NCBI GenBank assembly: GCA_020137815.1
Contig: CM035356.1
Span: forward strand, 1,736,001 to 1,800,000
Reading direction: 5' to 3'
Length of the DNA stretch: 64,000 nt
Source of the DNA: Hormiphora californensis
Lineage: Eukaryota; Animalia; Ctenophora
A program made the position numbers and the translations under genes. This document shows positions 12,798 to 24,317 of this stretch, piece after piece. Position 1 is the stretch's first letter. Each line of letters starts with the position of its first letter. The notes beneath the pieces are model-generated. The model was not told where the DNA came from, did no database searches, and worked only from the letters and a program-made list of their open reading frames with translations.

Positions 12798-15602
12798 TTA
12801 AGAAATAAGGAATCTAGATAGATCAGTCAACTCTTCTTTTAAATTAATAGTAGGCTTCTCTCTGTTAATATAATATGCTTCTATAATCTTTCTATATAAG
12901 ATACGTGACTCTGTTGTAATAATCTCAAAACTCAAATCAGGTACTGTCTTATTATGAAACTGTTTATAGTGCACTGCGAGTGCCATCTCCGAGTAAGATT
13001 TCAACGTAGGGGAGGTGGCATACCGGAGATGTTCTCCAAAGCGGTCTTTAGCTGTTCTCCCCGTTTCCCCGATGTAGATCTCTTTACAGATGTTACAGGT
13101 AATCCGGTATACTGGAGCAGTCACCTGGCAGTTCCTCTCCCCCTCTAGCCGTGGACATATTTTACATGATCTCCCCCCACAGTAAGCTGCTCCATTGTCA
13201 AGGGGCCGTGAGCTACAGAAGATGTTACGTAGCTTGGTACCTGGAGTAAATACTGTTTTGATAGGAAGAGAGCGGCTAGAGATAAACTTCTGGATCGATA
13301 ATGAAAATGATTCAGAGATGTAAGGCAGTTTCAAAATAACACAGTCCTCCACCTGCTGCTTCTGACCCTGGTACAAACGACAGCTCTGTTGTTGTGCGAA
13401 CTGACGAGGGTTCTGGTACCCATTAGCAATCAGCAGGTTGTCCACTATTCTCAGGGATGCCTCCTCTTGTTCCGAATCTGATGCACTTAGCCTCGCTGTG
13501 GCGTAGAAATTACGGACAGTTTGGATTTTAGTGGAAATAGGGTGGTGACTGTTCGCGTGCAGTGTGATATTCTTGCGAGCCTCCTTGCGGTAGAAACGCG
13601 TCTGCACCTCCCCAGATTCGGTGACCCGGATGTTAGTACCCAAGAAAGGTACAAAGTCATCACCCTCTGGAAAGTCAACCTCCCATTTGATAAGATGGTC
13701 CGGATCCTGCTCACCTATCTTATCAAAGAAACACACTGCCTCCTCTCTCGTATAACATACGGTACAGGCATCATCAATGTACCGCCCATATAGAATAGGC
13801 AAGTACGATACGTCGGTGTAGAGGGTGGCTCTCTCGAACATAAAAACTCTCACCACTGCTGCTATGGGACTAGGGGCACATCCCATGAATAGCCCCCGGA
13901 GTTGTTTGTAGAGGCGCCCATCATACGTAAAGAATGAACTCTCCAGTATCAGATCTAGACACTCATGGACATCTACCAACTCTAGACCCCTTAGGTTCAA
14001 GACGTCCAAGTGTTCCTCGGCAAAAGATACCAAGGACGATATACATGCCTGTATGTTCAGGTTGGTGTAGAGGGCACTGATATCTCCACTGCAAAACTTC
14101 TTACCACGGAGAACCTCTGGTGACAGATCTCTGAGCCATTGTAGATGAGTATGGATGTTTTTCAGGTGTGGAGAGACCTCATCAAGCAATGGACTCAGGA
14201 TGGAGGTTATTAACCAGGCTAGTTTAGCGGTGGGTGAGCCAATACAGGATACTATGGGACGTACCTTGCATGTAGATAAGAACTGATCCGGTGATACTAT
14301 CTGACTAGCGTCGAATTTGTGCGTCTTAATCAGAATGTACATGCACGGTAACCTGGATTGAGTAGTGTGGAGTGCCAAGATCATGTCCTTACCCATTTTC
14401 CTCCGTATGACGATCTGCTCCCACAGGTTGTTACATTTGCTCTGGAGGGTTTGGGTCATGTTGGTTATCTGGGTTAGGTATGTGACAGGTGTCGGTTTTG
14501 CAACCAACACCTGGCTACCAGCGTAGTTTCGGGTCGGCTGGACTAGCTGGTACACCCCAACTGAGCTGTCCAGGTGTAGTTTGGTTAGCTCATGTTGTAT
14601 ATCCCTGGGGGTGACCACAAACTCTCCCCCCTTGTCGGACACTGAGATGTGTAGTTCAGACTTCTTGGCTCTCAGAGATCTGAGGCCAGCTGCCTGCTGG
14701 TTAGATAGGTTGAACGGTACCCGGCAGGTTGACAGGAGTCGTGTGGCCAGCTGTTGCAAGTTGCGTAGATCGTCCTCTATTTGGCAATTGGAGACGGGGG
14801 GTGGTTTAAGATGACGCTTTCCAATTGGAGCCCCCTCACTCCGCCATGACTGAATCTGTGTGCATACTGTGGGCCTCTCCTCTGTGGCAACTTTCCATCT
14901 AAGTCTATACGCGGTCGCTGCGATCTCATGGTTAACCTGCTGATGGAGCTTCTCATCTACTCGAGTGGACAGAGAGAAATTAGGACCTAGGTCTAATAGC
15001 GACTTCTCATCATCCGAAAGCTCTTCCAGAATCGGGGTGGTACGATTCTCCATCAGGACACTAGGTTCCACTGGATCGGTACATGCGGCAGGGTGCTCAG
15101 TGTAATAGACAGGGGTGGCGGGAGGTGCACTTTGCAAGTGGAGCTGGTGGGCATACTTAGCACGAAGTTTATCCTTCGCCTGAAGCTTCATAGAGTGGTT
15201 GTTACTCTCAAAAAGACAGTTGATGCTCTGGAACACGTGAGACGGGACAGAGTGATACAGCTGGTCACGGTGATCAATAATAGCGGTTTTTAGATTGCGA
15301 ATGCGAGTAAAATGTTCTGAGATGGCACGACTCAATGCAAGCAGCTTCAGTCTACGTACAAGCTCCCAAGATTTGTACGGAGGACCAGAGGGAAATAAGA
15401 CAGAGCTGTTCACATGAATACTGTTGTTTATAAAAGCTGGAAAAATGTTGGTATGTTTACACTTTTTCAGGAAGTTTAGTCTTTGCTCATCAAATTTGAG
15501 TTTCTCACCCAGTGAGATAAAAGATTTGGACAAACCGAACAGTTGAGGAGATAAAAGAAGCTGACAGAGAATAAGGATCGGTTGATTGTTTATTAGCCGC
15601 AT
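12798..15602 (-). CDS. Penelope-like element reverse transcriptase + GIY-YIG endonuclease (934 aa, uninterrupted)
   Basis: RT motifs IKTHK, RPIVS, DISALYTN, QLRGLFMG..SP and RYIDD; thumb FYRK..HANSHHP; Cys linker CGGRSCKICP; endonuclease VYRITC..C..IYIGETGR..RFGEH..ALAVH..IEAYYI. Confidence 0.95.
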   Translation of the reverse strand: MRLINNQPILILCQLLLSPQLFGLSKSFISLGEKLKFDEQRLNFLKKCKHTNIFPAFINNSIHVNSSVLFPSGPPYKSWELVRRLKLLALSRAISEHFTRIRNLKTAIIDHRDQLYHSVPSHVFQSINCLFESNNHSMKLQAKDKLRAKYAHQLHLQSAPPATPVYYTEHPAACTDPVEPSVLMENRTTPILEELSDDEKSLLDLGPNFSLSTRVDEKLHQQVNHEIAATAYRLRWKVATEERPTVCTQIQSWRSEGAPIGKRHLKPPPVSNCQIEDDLRNLQQLATRLLSTCRVPFNLSNQQAAGLRSLRAKKSELHISVSDKGGEFVVTPRDIQHELTKLHLDSSVGVYQLVQPTRNYAGSQVLVAKPTPVTYLTQITNMTQTLQSKCNNLWEQIVIRRKMGKDMILALHTTQSRLPCMYILIKTHKFDASQIVSPDQFLSTCKVRPIVSCIGSPTAKLAWLITSILSPLLDEVSPHLKNIHTHLQWLRDLSPEVLRGKKFCSGDISALYTNLNIQACISSLVSFAEEHLDVLNLRGLELVDVHECLDLILESSFFTYDGRLYKQLRGLFMGCAPSPIAAVVRVFMFERATLYTDVSYLPILYGRYIDDACTVCYTREEAVCFFDKIGEQDPDHLIKWEVDFPEGDDFVPFLGTNIRVTESGEVQTRFYRKEARKNITLHANSHHPISTKIQTVRNFYATARLSASDSEQEEASLRIVDNLLIANGYQNPRQFAQQQSCRLYQGQKQQVEDCVILKLPYISESFSLSIQKFISSRSLPIKTVFTPGTKLRNIFCSSRPLDNGAAYCGGRSCKICPRLEGERNCQVTAPVYRITCNICKEIYIGETGRTAKDRFGEHLRYATSPTLKSYSEMALAVHYKQFHNKTVPDLSFEIITTESRILYRKIIEAYYINREKPTINLKEELTDLSRFLIS

Positions 15603-15669
15603 ATCAGTGAGGAAGTTTTGTTTTCTCCTTCCGGCTGGACAAATGAGTAGACGTAGATTTTATTGTAGA

Positions 15670-15713
15670 ATAACGCTATCAATTTCGGCGCACAGCACCA
15701 TCTTCAGGCTATA
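15670..15713 (-). ncRNA. Minimal type I hammerhead ribozyme, second pLTR copy
   Basis: Same sequence as 12455-12498, lying ~70 nt upstream of the ORF start. Confidence 0.75.
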
Positions 15714-15960
15714 ATATACGGAATATACATGTTAGAAAAACTGTACACATACCAATCGTAAAATAAAAATTACTGGAAAATTCTAAAGCTAAGCTAATTT
15801 AGTGAAATAGTAAAAAGTTGAAAAACTACACGCGGGACTGAAAAATTATAAAACAAAAAGTAAAGACTAGGAAATAAACGGGGTTTAAATAGTAAAGAAA
15901 TAAGATCAGATAGTGAAATAAGATAGGAATCACGCGACTGCTCAAAAAGATATCTAGCTA

Positions 15961-16551
15961 ACAAGAATTATTATTGCATTATGTTTCATAATGCTGTGTT
16001 TCCCTGCCAACGAACACTCGAACCGATCACTGATAAACTATGAGATCTGGTAAGCGCCGCTCACAGTCACACCAGACGATACCGTGCAATGTGATCTGAT
16101 CGTCGTCCGCCAACGCCTAATTACAATGTTATGTGACACCAAGCTATGCATGGGAAACTTCTCACGTTCCCTCAGTCACCATACTAACGAGCTGAGCTTT
16201 CAACGCCTTTTAGTTTCAATCAGATTTACCAAGAAGTTAAATCCATTCGAGCGCTACGGCTATGCTGTAACGCGCGAGGTGTGTATACATACGCTGCATT
16301 GAGAGTGTGCGCGCGCAGCAAATTCTGAGCGCGCGCCACCGAAATCCGTACTGTAATAACTTTGCGGACGAACTTTTCAAAATTGTCAGCATCGCGGTTG
16401 TCAGGCTGCTACCGTGACACACGCGATTTTGACCACGCTCGAGTTACTATTTCAAATCCGAGATTTCTAAACCCTTTATGATCTTTTTAGCACACGTGCT
16501 AAAACGATCATCCGGGTGGATGCCCTTCGGGCATCCACCCGGGCAGGGAAA
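15961..16551 (+). mobile_element. Helentron/DINE-1-like non-autonomous element inserted in the pLTR
   Basis: Absent from the other pLTR copy and inserted in an A-run without a TSD. Starts AACAAG. SubTIRs TTTCCCTGCC (15999-16008) and GGCAGGGAAA (16542-16551). 3' GC hairpin at 16512-16542. Confidence 0.7.
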
Positions 16552-16962
16552 AAATACTCAATGACCAATATGGCCGTTAGAAAATACTAAAAACGGATAA
16601 TATTAAGAAATAAGGAATCTAGATAGATCAGTCAACTCTTCTTTTAAATTAATAGTAGGCTTCTCTCTGTTAATATAATATGCTTCTATAATCTTTCTAT
16701 ATAAGATACGTGACTCTGTTGTAATAATCTCAAAACTCAAATCAGGTACTGTCTTATTATGAAACTGTTTATAGTGCACTGCGAGTGCCATCTCCGAGTA
16801 AGATTTCAACGTAGGGGAGGTGGCATACCGGAGATGTTCTCCAAAGCGGTCTTTAGCTGTTCTCCCCGTTTCCCCGATGTAGATCTCTTTACAGATGTTA
16901 CAGGTAATCCGGTATACTGGAGCAGTCACCTGGCAGTTCCTCTCCCCCTCTAGCCGTGGACC

Positions 16963-18012
16963 CCCAACTGTTCGGTTTGTCCAAATCTTTTATCTCACTG
17001 GGTGAGAAACTCAAATTTGATGAGCAAAGACTAAACTTCCTGAAAAAGTGTAAACATACCAACATTTTTCCAGCTTTTATAAACAACAGTATTCATGTGA
17101 ACAGCTCTGTCTTATTTCCCTCTGGTCCTCCGTACAAATCTTGGGAGCTTGTACGTAGACTGAAGCTGCTTGCATTGAGTCGTGCCATCTCAGAACATTT
17201 TACTCGCATTCGCAATCTAAAAACCGCTATTATTGATCACCGTGACCAGCTGTATCACTCTGTCCCGTCTCACGTGTTCCAGAGCATCAACTGTCTTTTT
17301 GAGAGTAACAACCACTCTATGAAGCTTCAGGCGAAGGATAAACTTCGTGCTAAGTATGCCCACCAGCTCCACTTGCAAAGTGCACCTCCCGCCACCCCTG
17401 TCTATTACACTGAGCACCCTGCCGCATGTACCGATCCAGTGGAACCTAGTGTCCTGATGGAGAATCGTACCACCCCGATTCTGGAAGAGCTTTCGGATGA
17501 TGAGAAGTCGCTATTAGACCTAGGTCCTAATTTCTCTCTGTCCACTCGAGTAGATGAGAAGCTCCATCAGCAGGTTAACCATGAGATCGCAGCGACCGCG
17601 TATAGACTTAGATGGAAAGTTGCCACAGAGGAGAGGCCCACAGTATGCACACAGATTCAGTCATGGCGGAGTGAGGGGGCTCCAATTGGAAAGCGTCATC
17701 TTAAACCACCCCCCGTCTCCAATTGCCAAATAGAGGACGATCTACGCAACTTGCAACAGCTGGCCACACGACTCCTGTCAACCTGCCGGGTACCGTTCAA
17801 CCTATCTAACCAGCAGGCAGCTGGCCTCAGATCTCTGAGAGCCAAGAAGTCTGAACTACACATCTCAGTGTCCGACAAGGGGGGAGAGTTTGTGGTCACC
17901 CCCAGGGATATACAACATGAGCTAACCAAACTACACCTGGACAGCTCAGTTGGGGTGTACCAGCTAGTCCAGCCGACCCGAAACTACGCTGGTAGCCAGG
18001 TGTTGGTTGCAA
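16963..18012 (+). pseudogene. Inverted truncated copy of the Penelope ORF N-terminal region
   Basis: The translation matches the main ORF from PQLFGLSK to SQVLVA. Confidence 0.9.
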
Positions 18013-18152
18013 ATAATAAATAAATAATCAACCGATCCTTATTCTCTGTTAAACATTCATTGTTTTAATCCTTGCATTCACCCCCATTTGTCTACTGCCG
18101 TTATCATCAGTTTGTCTCAGTTGTATCATCTATTATCAGTTTCATCAGTTAA

Positions 18153-20824
18153 ATGGATTTAGAAGAGGAAGTTATGACAGAAGAAGTGGATGATATCCCG
18201 CTGATAGAAGGAACTCTAGACAGAGAAACAGAACCTGAAAACAACATAGTACAAGAGGGGGTGGAGGAGGAGTTTCACAGTGCTGAAGAGGCTGGGCTTC
18301 GTTTTGCCGCGCTTCGCATGGCCAGTGTAGGGGTGGCCGCGTCACCAACTGAAGAGGGTACACCTCATAATGAGGAGGTGGACGATACAGATGATGACGA
18401 TGAACTGGTTATCATTGAACCTCCCAGCGCTGCACCAGACCCCCAGAGGGTCCTGGAGAGAGATGTAGATTATGATATCATAATTCCATCTCGTCACTCG
18501 TACCTTGGTAAGTGCATCATTGTCGATCTTGGAAAATATAGTATAATTTTGGGTTTTATGTTCTATTTATTTTGTGTACAATACAAAAACTATTTCGTAA
18601 TCCTTGTAATTCTTCCCTGCAGAAACACGAATGCAGAGAGTAGAGGGGTACAACTATTGGCTAGACCACACCGAGATCCCAATATTCCTGATTCCACTAG
18701 ATGTCATTGCAATACCAGGTAACTCTCCTTGGTCGACCCTGTTTCACCACACCCCACATGTAAAATGTAAGGAAGGGTTAGAACTTAATAAGTAGCTCAT
18801 ACTATGAATCATAGAATAAAGGGATGTGTGTGTTATAATATAGAAGTCATTATCATTGCAGGTCAGACTGTCCCACTAAGTTTAATATCATTGCAGGTCA
18901 GACTGTCCCACTAAGGATAAAAGAAACCTCACTACAGTACGCACTAATCAGACATCTACTTGATCAGAATGAGAACACATTCGGTGCTGTATACATGCCT
19001 GCAGAGAGGTTAGTGTTGCAGGTCTGGGGCGGGGTAACAATTCATGTCGAATCTTGATCTACCCTCACAGAGCCTGCACTGAAATATATAATATATATAA
19101 TATAAATGACCCGGTGTGAGCCACACAATAATTCCATTCTTCCTGTCAGGACAGCCATGGTGATGTTCAGAACCTGGTCCCGGTTTGGTGTAACTGTGCA
19201 GATCGAGGAGGTTTCCCACGACACCCCCCACCAGATAGTCCTGAAGTGCAAGGGAAGGCAGCGTTTCAAGACCAAATCAGTAGAAAGGCAGGCTGATAGA
19301 AGTCTCAAGGCAACCGTTGTGATAAGACCAGACTTGATGCCGTGCAGAATAACAGACCCAGCTGGAAAGTTGCGTGGAGAGTTCAGTACCGGGGTGTGGC
19401 CAGAGTGGATGTGGAAACTACATGACCCATACGAAATAATGGAGAAAATCAGAAAAATAGTAAGTGAGATATGAAATCCTTCTTGGGTTTTCTAGTAATG
19501 TCTGAAATCCTTGCCATCCCGTTGAAATGGTCGAGCAATGATCACATGATTGATGATATCGTGTGTTGTGACTGTGAGGCACACTCGCACGGTGGAGTGG
19601 GACAGTAACGCGCGATACCAGCCCCATAGAGAACTTAGCGCGCAGTGCGTCACGTGACACAATACTGATCACATCTCCACCAAAGAACAAATCTTCAAGT
19701 TTTGAACACCGTTTAAAAAACCCTGACCGATGTTCAGAGTTCAGACCTGAACCATCTGCAAAATGTTAAAACCACACTGTTTTCAGATAGCTCGTGATAG
19801 CCCCCAGGTGAATCTAAAGATAGCCCCAATAGACCCTGTGATGTTTTCCTTTTGGCTGATATCAGCCATGCCATTCGCATCTGAGCAAAGGTAAATGAGC
19901 ACTGACAAGTTGAAAGTATGTACTGCCGCGGACAGTGTAGTACCACTGTGGCGAGTAGTTGTCTTGCTCGACCCCCTGACTCCGCGGGTGCCGGGTTGTA
20001 TAAAATGGTATAATAACATTATACAGCTGGATATAACATCCTTCCTTTGTAGGGTGGGCATGCTTCAGGAGGACAGTGTTGTTATCAGGCTGGTCAACCA
20101 ACTCCGTCATCTAGAGGATCTGGGGAGACACTTCTACTGCTGCACTAATTGTGGCTGGGAGATTATTAAATCTAGCAACCTCATTTCTATGTCAACTGAT
20201 AGTCCATTCTTTGTCAACCCCAATGGTATAACGCTGATATTGAAGGGCCTCATATCACCTACAAAATAATAAACTATTTCCCCCGTACTTTCTGAAACTA
20301 TTTGACTGATTTCAGGGAATGTGTTTGAGACGGTGACTGCATACAGTGTTTCTAACACAGTCACCAATGCAGCAGAACCCACGGAAAAGGATTCTTGGTT
20401 CCCTGGCTATGCCTGGACTTTCATTCATTGCTGGTGGTAAGCACAGAATTATACTTCATTGTTTTGTTCAAACTCTTTTTGTTTTTGCGGGGAAGGAGGG
20501 TCGAACAAGGCAGATACTTCAGACTCTCCCGCATTTTGACTAATTCCGGGAATTAGTCAATATGTGGGAATTCGGGAAATTCCCCGTTAATTTATGATTG
20601 GACCGCTCACACACAACTGATTGTTATAGTTTCTATTTAATTAATTTAATTGGAAACTTTCCAATGCCTCTCTCCTCAGCTGTATGTCACATCTCGGTTG
20701 GAAGTTTATTGCAGTTTCACCCAACACCAGTCCCTCTGTGTTTTATGGTGTGCAGAGGGCAGTCCTCTCACAGTCCTCTCACGCGCTGACAAGCGATCTG
20801 TCGGAGCAAGGAGAGGAAACATGA
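18153..20824 (+). CDS. CRBN: Cereblon (LON domain + CULT thalidomide-binding domain), multi-exon
   Basis: Spliced reading gives HSYL, IAIPGQTVPL, VTVQIEEV, LKCKGRQRF, WPEWMWKLHD, CCTNC, FVNPNG.VFET and [22 protein letters not shown]. Stop TGA at 20822-20824. Confidence 0.92.
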
Positions 20825-21200
20825 AGATCATGTGTGTCACAGAACTCTTTTCGATAGGGACTTTGTACTTGTAACAGATTAGTATAATAGTAGACTCGTA
20901 CATAAAGGTGTTTGTAAATATTTGTAAATTTTTGACTGTTTTATCTCCGACTTTTCCATTCATGAGATATGATGTGCTATATTGGATAGGACCTATCGTC
21001 CTAATACAGGTGGCAGGCACAATGTGCATGTCAATTGAACTCGCCCTTTCTAAAATTATAGTCATCTCTCGACAACTGAACGTTGTACTTGGGAAATTGG
21101 TTGGGGGCCCACAATACACTTTGTATTACTTGTACTAAGTTGGGTTACGAAATAACCCCTCCGGACCTTCGTGCACTGGCAAGGGAGGGGTTAGTTACTA

Positions 21201-22883
21201 CCGTGTGCGGCAAAAAAAGGCCCCCCCTAGACCACCATAGTTGCCGATGTGGTGGAGAGCTGTAACTTGGCAGGGTTGCTCCACTATGTCTATCTTGATC
21301 CTGACAGAAAAATCAGAGCTCTAGCTCAAAATTCATTTTCATGAACGGAATGAACTTCTCCGTTCCTTCGATATGAGACCCCCTCATCATTCAGAATTTT
21401 TTGCCCGTCTTTGGCTAACGATTATCTTTGTAATGAGACCAATTTGAGCATAATCTGATTACCAGGAGAGACACAGTGGAGGGTTTTCCGACCGTCACTC
21501 CTGACATGTGATCCAGGCCCGGTCACGTGGTGAAAAGTGGGTTTGGGGTGCTGTTAACATGTCTCAATAACGGATTATTGCTCTCATATCCCTTGAATAT
21601 CCCTCCACAATGCTCTCAAGTCACTTTGTGATGCTGATTGATTGGGTTCATGTCACCAGTTCTTGTCAAAGTTCTCAAGCGGCCCGTTATACGAGATCAT
21701 TTCATCAAGGAGGGGCCATCTTGTGTCACTAATCAGCCTATCATCTCACATTACACTAGCCAAGGGATCTGGGGTATTTAAATCTTCAAATGTTCATCAA
21801 AATCATTCCCAATCGTTACTTGCAATGCATTTTACACCCGCAGATGTCGCCAGTCTAATCGCTCTCCTGCGGGTGGACTGGATTGGTGTTGTCTGTGTGT
21901 CTCTCAGTACTGCTGTTGTGGAAGCAGGACCTGTAGCAGACTTCCTCCTTCCGGATCGTCCAGGATTGTTGTTCTGGCTCAAGAAGGAAACCAACACCCT
22001 CTACCCCACCATCGAACAGGAGTTCTTTATCAAGTTTGGCCGCCATGCCCCATCCAAGAAGTCCTGCAGAAAGATCCATCGGACAGTTTCAGACGAGGGC
22101 CACTCCAAAAACAACAATCCTGGACGATCCGGAAGGAGGAAGTCTGCTACAGGTCCTGCTTCCACAACAGCAGTACTGAGAGACACACAGACAACACCAA
22201 TCCAGTCCACCCGCAGGAGAGCGATTAGACTGGCGACATCTGCGGGTGTAAAATGCATTGCAAGTAACGATTGGGAATGATTTTGATGAACATTTGAAGA
22301 TTTAAATACCCCAGATCCCTTGGCTAGTGTAATGTGAGATGATAGGCTGATTAGTGACACAAGATGGCCCCTCCTTGATGAAATGATCTCGTATAACGGG
22401 CCGCTTGAGAACTTTGACAAGAACTGGTGACATGAACCCAATCAATCAGCATCACAAAGTGACTTGAGAGCATTGTGGAGGGATATTCAAGGGATATGAG
22501 AGCAATAATCCGTTATTGAGACATGTTAACAGCACCCCAAACCCACTTTTCACCACGTGACCGGGCCTGGATCACATGTCAGGAGTGACGGTCGGAAAAC
22601 CCTCCACTGTGTCTCTCCTGGTAATCAGATTATGCTCAAATTGGTCTCATTACAAAGATAATCGTTAGCCAAAGACGGGCAAAAAATTCTGAATGATGAG
22701 GGGGTCTCATATCGAAGGAACGGAGAAGTTCATTCCGTTCATGAAAATGAATTTTGAGCTAGAGCTCTGATTTTTCTGTCAGGATCAAGATAGACATAGT
22801 GGAGCAACCCTGCCAAGTTACAGCTCTCCACCACATCGGCAACTATGGTGGTCTAGGGGGGGCCTTTTTTTTGCCGCACACGT
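21201..22883. mobile_element. Tc1/mariner-derived foldback element with transposase HTH remnant
   Basis: TA-flanked, with ~770-bp inverted arms and a spacer at 21974-22109. Encodes EFFIKFGRHAPSKKSCRKI..GRSGRRKSA..PIQSTRRRA, a DUF4817/Tc1 N-terminal HTH pattern. Confidence 0.85.
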
Positions 22884-23150
22884 TACTTGTATCGCATCGA
22901 TCAGCTCAGGGGAATAGGAGATACAACGAAATACTTCCTGCCATAAATATCCTCATGCTTTGTTGTCACCTGTCTGGCGCCGCGACCCATCTGAGCGCAC
23001 TTTGAGAATCAAATTGGGGTCTGGCGCCGCCAGACAGGTTGTCACCCCTTACTCAACTACTCATACGTTCCCTTTCCATTTGATTATGCATGCGTATATG
23101 TAATGTATATTTTAGAAACACATGACAATTCGCATGCTCTCTCACTCCGA

Positions 23151-23510
<360 letters not shown>

Positions 23511-23677
23511 ATCGGAGTTACATACACCAGTTTATTGGCGTGCTTGTTAGGGACGCAAGCACTACAGATCCATTACATTTACATTTCTCTATCTTGAAAT
23601 TATTTTGAATTGTATACCACGATTCTGATATCTTGTGTCTTGTGTCAGGTGTTATTTGAGTGTTTCAGATAAACAAT

Positions 23678-24317
23678 ATGAGTAAGGGGGTTAGTGTTGG
23701 GTCGATTGGGACAATCCCTGGCTGGCCACCTAATATAAACTTTACAACTACATGCAAGCTTCTACGTGGGTGCCCTGGTAAGTAGATGAGGTTCCCTGTT
23801 AATTCCTCGTTACTTCCTCGTTACTTCCTTGTTAATTCCTTGTTAAATCCTTGTTAATAAACATGCTACTGCTAACTCAACTCAATAAGTTATTTAACGA
23901 TACACTCTCCAATTCCATTGTCTATTTTGCAGGTCAGGATTCAGATGGGATGAGTGACGTGTACCCTGTGGGCTCGCTACCTCAGTGCGTAGAGGAACAT
24001 TTCAAGTTTACCTGCAAGTGGAAGTCCTGTAATCGGAGGTAATAAATTCCCAGATTTTATGAAATAGTGATTTGTCTGTAATATTGGCCCTGAAGTAGAT
24101 TGGCCATATACATATTTCTATTCTCCCTTTACATGATGTGTTCCCATGCAGGTTCCAAAGCCCTGAGCAGCTGCTGGAGCACGTTGAGAGGTGTCACGTA
24201 TGGGTGAATGATATCCATGAGCCAGGGTGTTGTCAGTGGGATGGGTGTCAGAGCGTAGAGTTCAAACAACTCTACAAGATCCTTGTACATATCAGAACAC
24301 ATTGTGACACTCAGTAA
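23678..24317 (+). CDS. 123-aa protein with two tandem CWCH2 (Gli/Glis/Zic ZF1-ZF2 type) zinc fingers, 3 exons
   Basis: Exons 23678-23777, 23933-24038 and 24152-24317 splice in frame, giving CKWKSCNRRFQSPEQLLEHVERCHV and CQWDGCQSVEFKQLYKILVHIRTH. AATAAA at ~24526. Confidence 0.75.

Larger units (their letters stand above)
12395..18048 (-). mobile_element. Composite Penelope-like retroelement insertion (full ORF, tandem pLTRs, inverted 5' copy)
   Basis: TSD TTAAACATTCATTG at 12381-12394 and 18049-18062. Direct repeat of 12393-13153 at 15609-16958, interrupted by an insert. Inverted ORF 5' part at ~16963-18012. Confidence 0.9.

Noticed and set aside
16512-16551. GC hairpin plus A/T run resembling a bacterial intrinsic terminator (also 11170-11206)
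   Set aside because: Better explained as the 3' stem-loop of a Helentron-type element.
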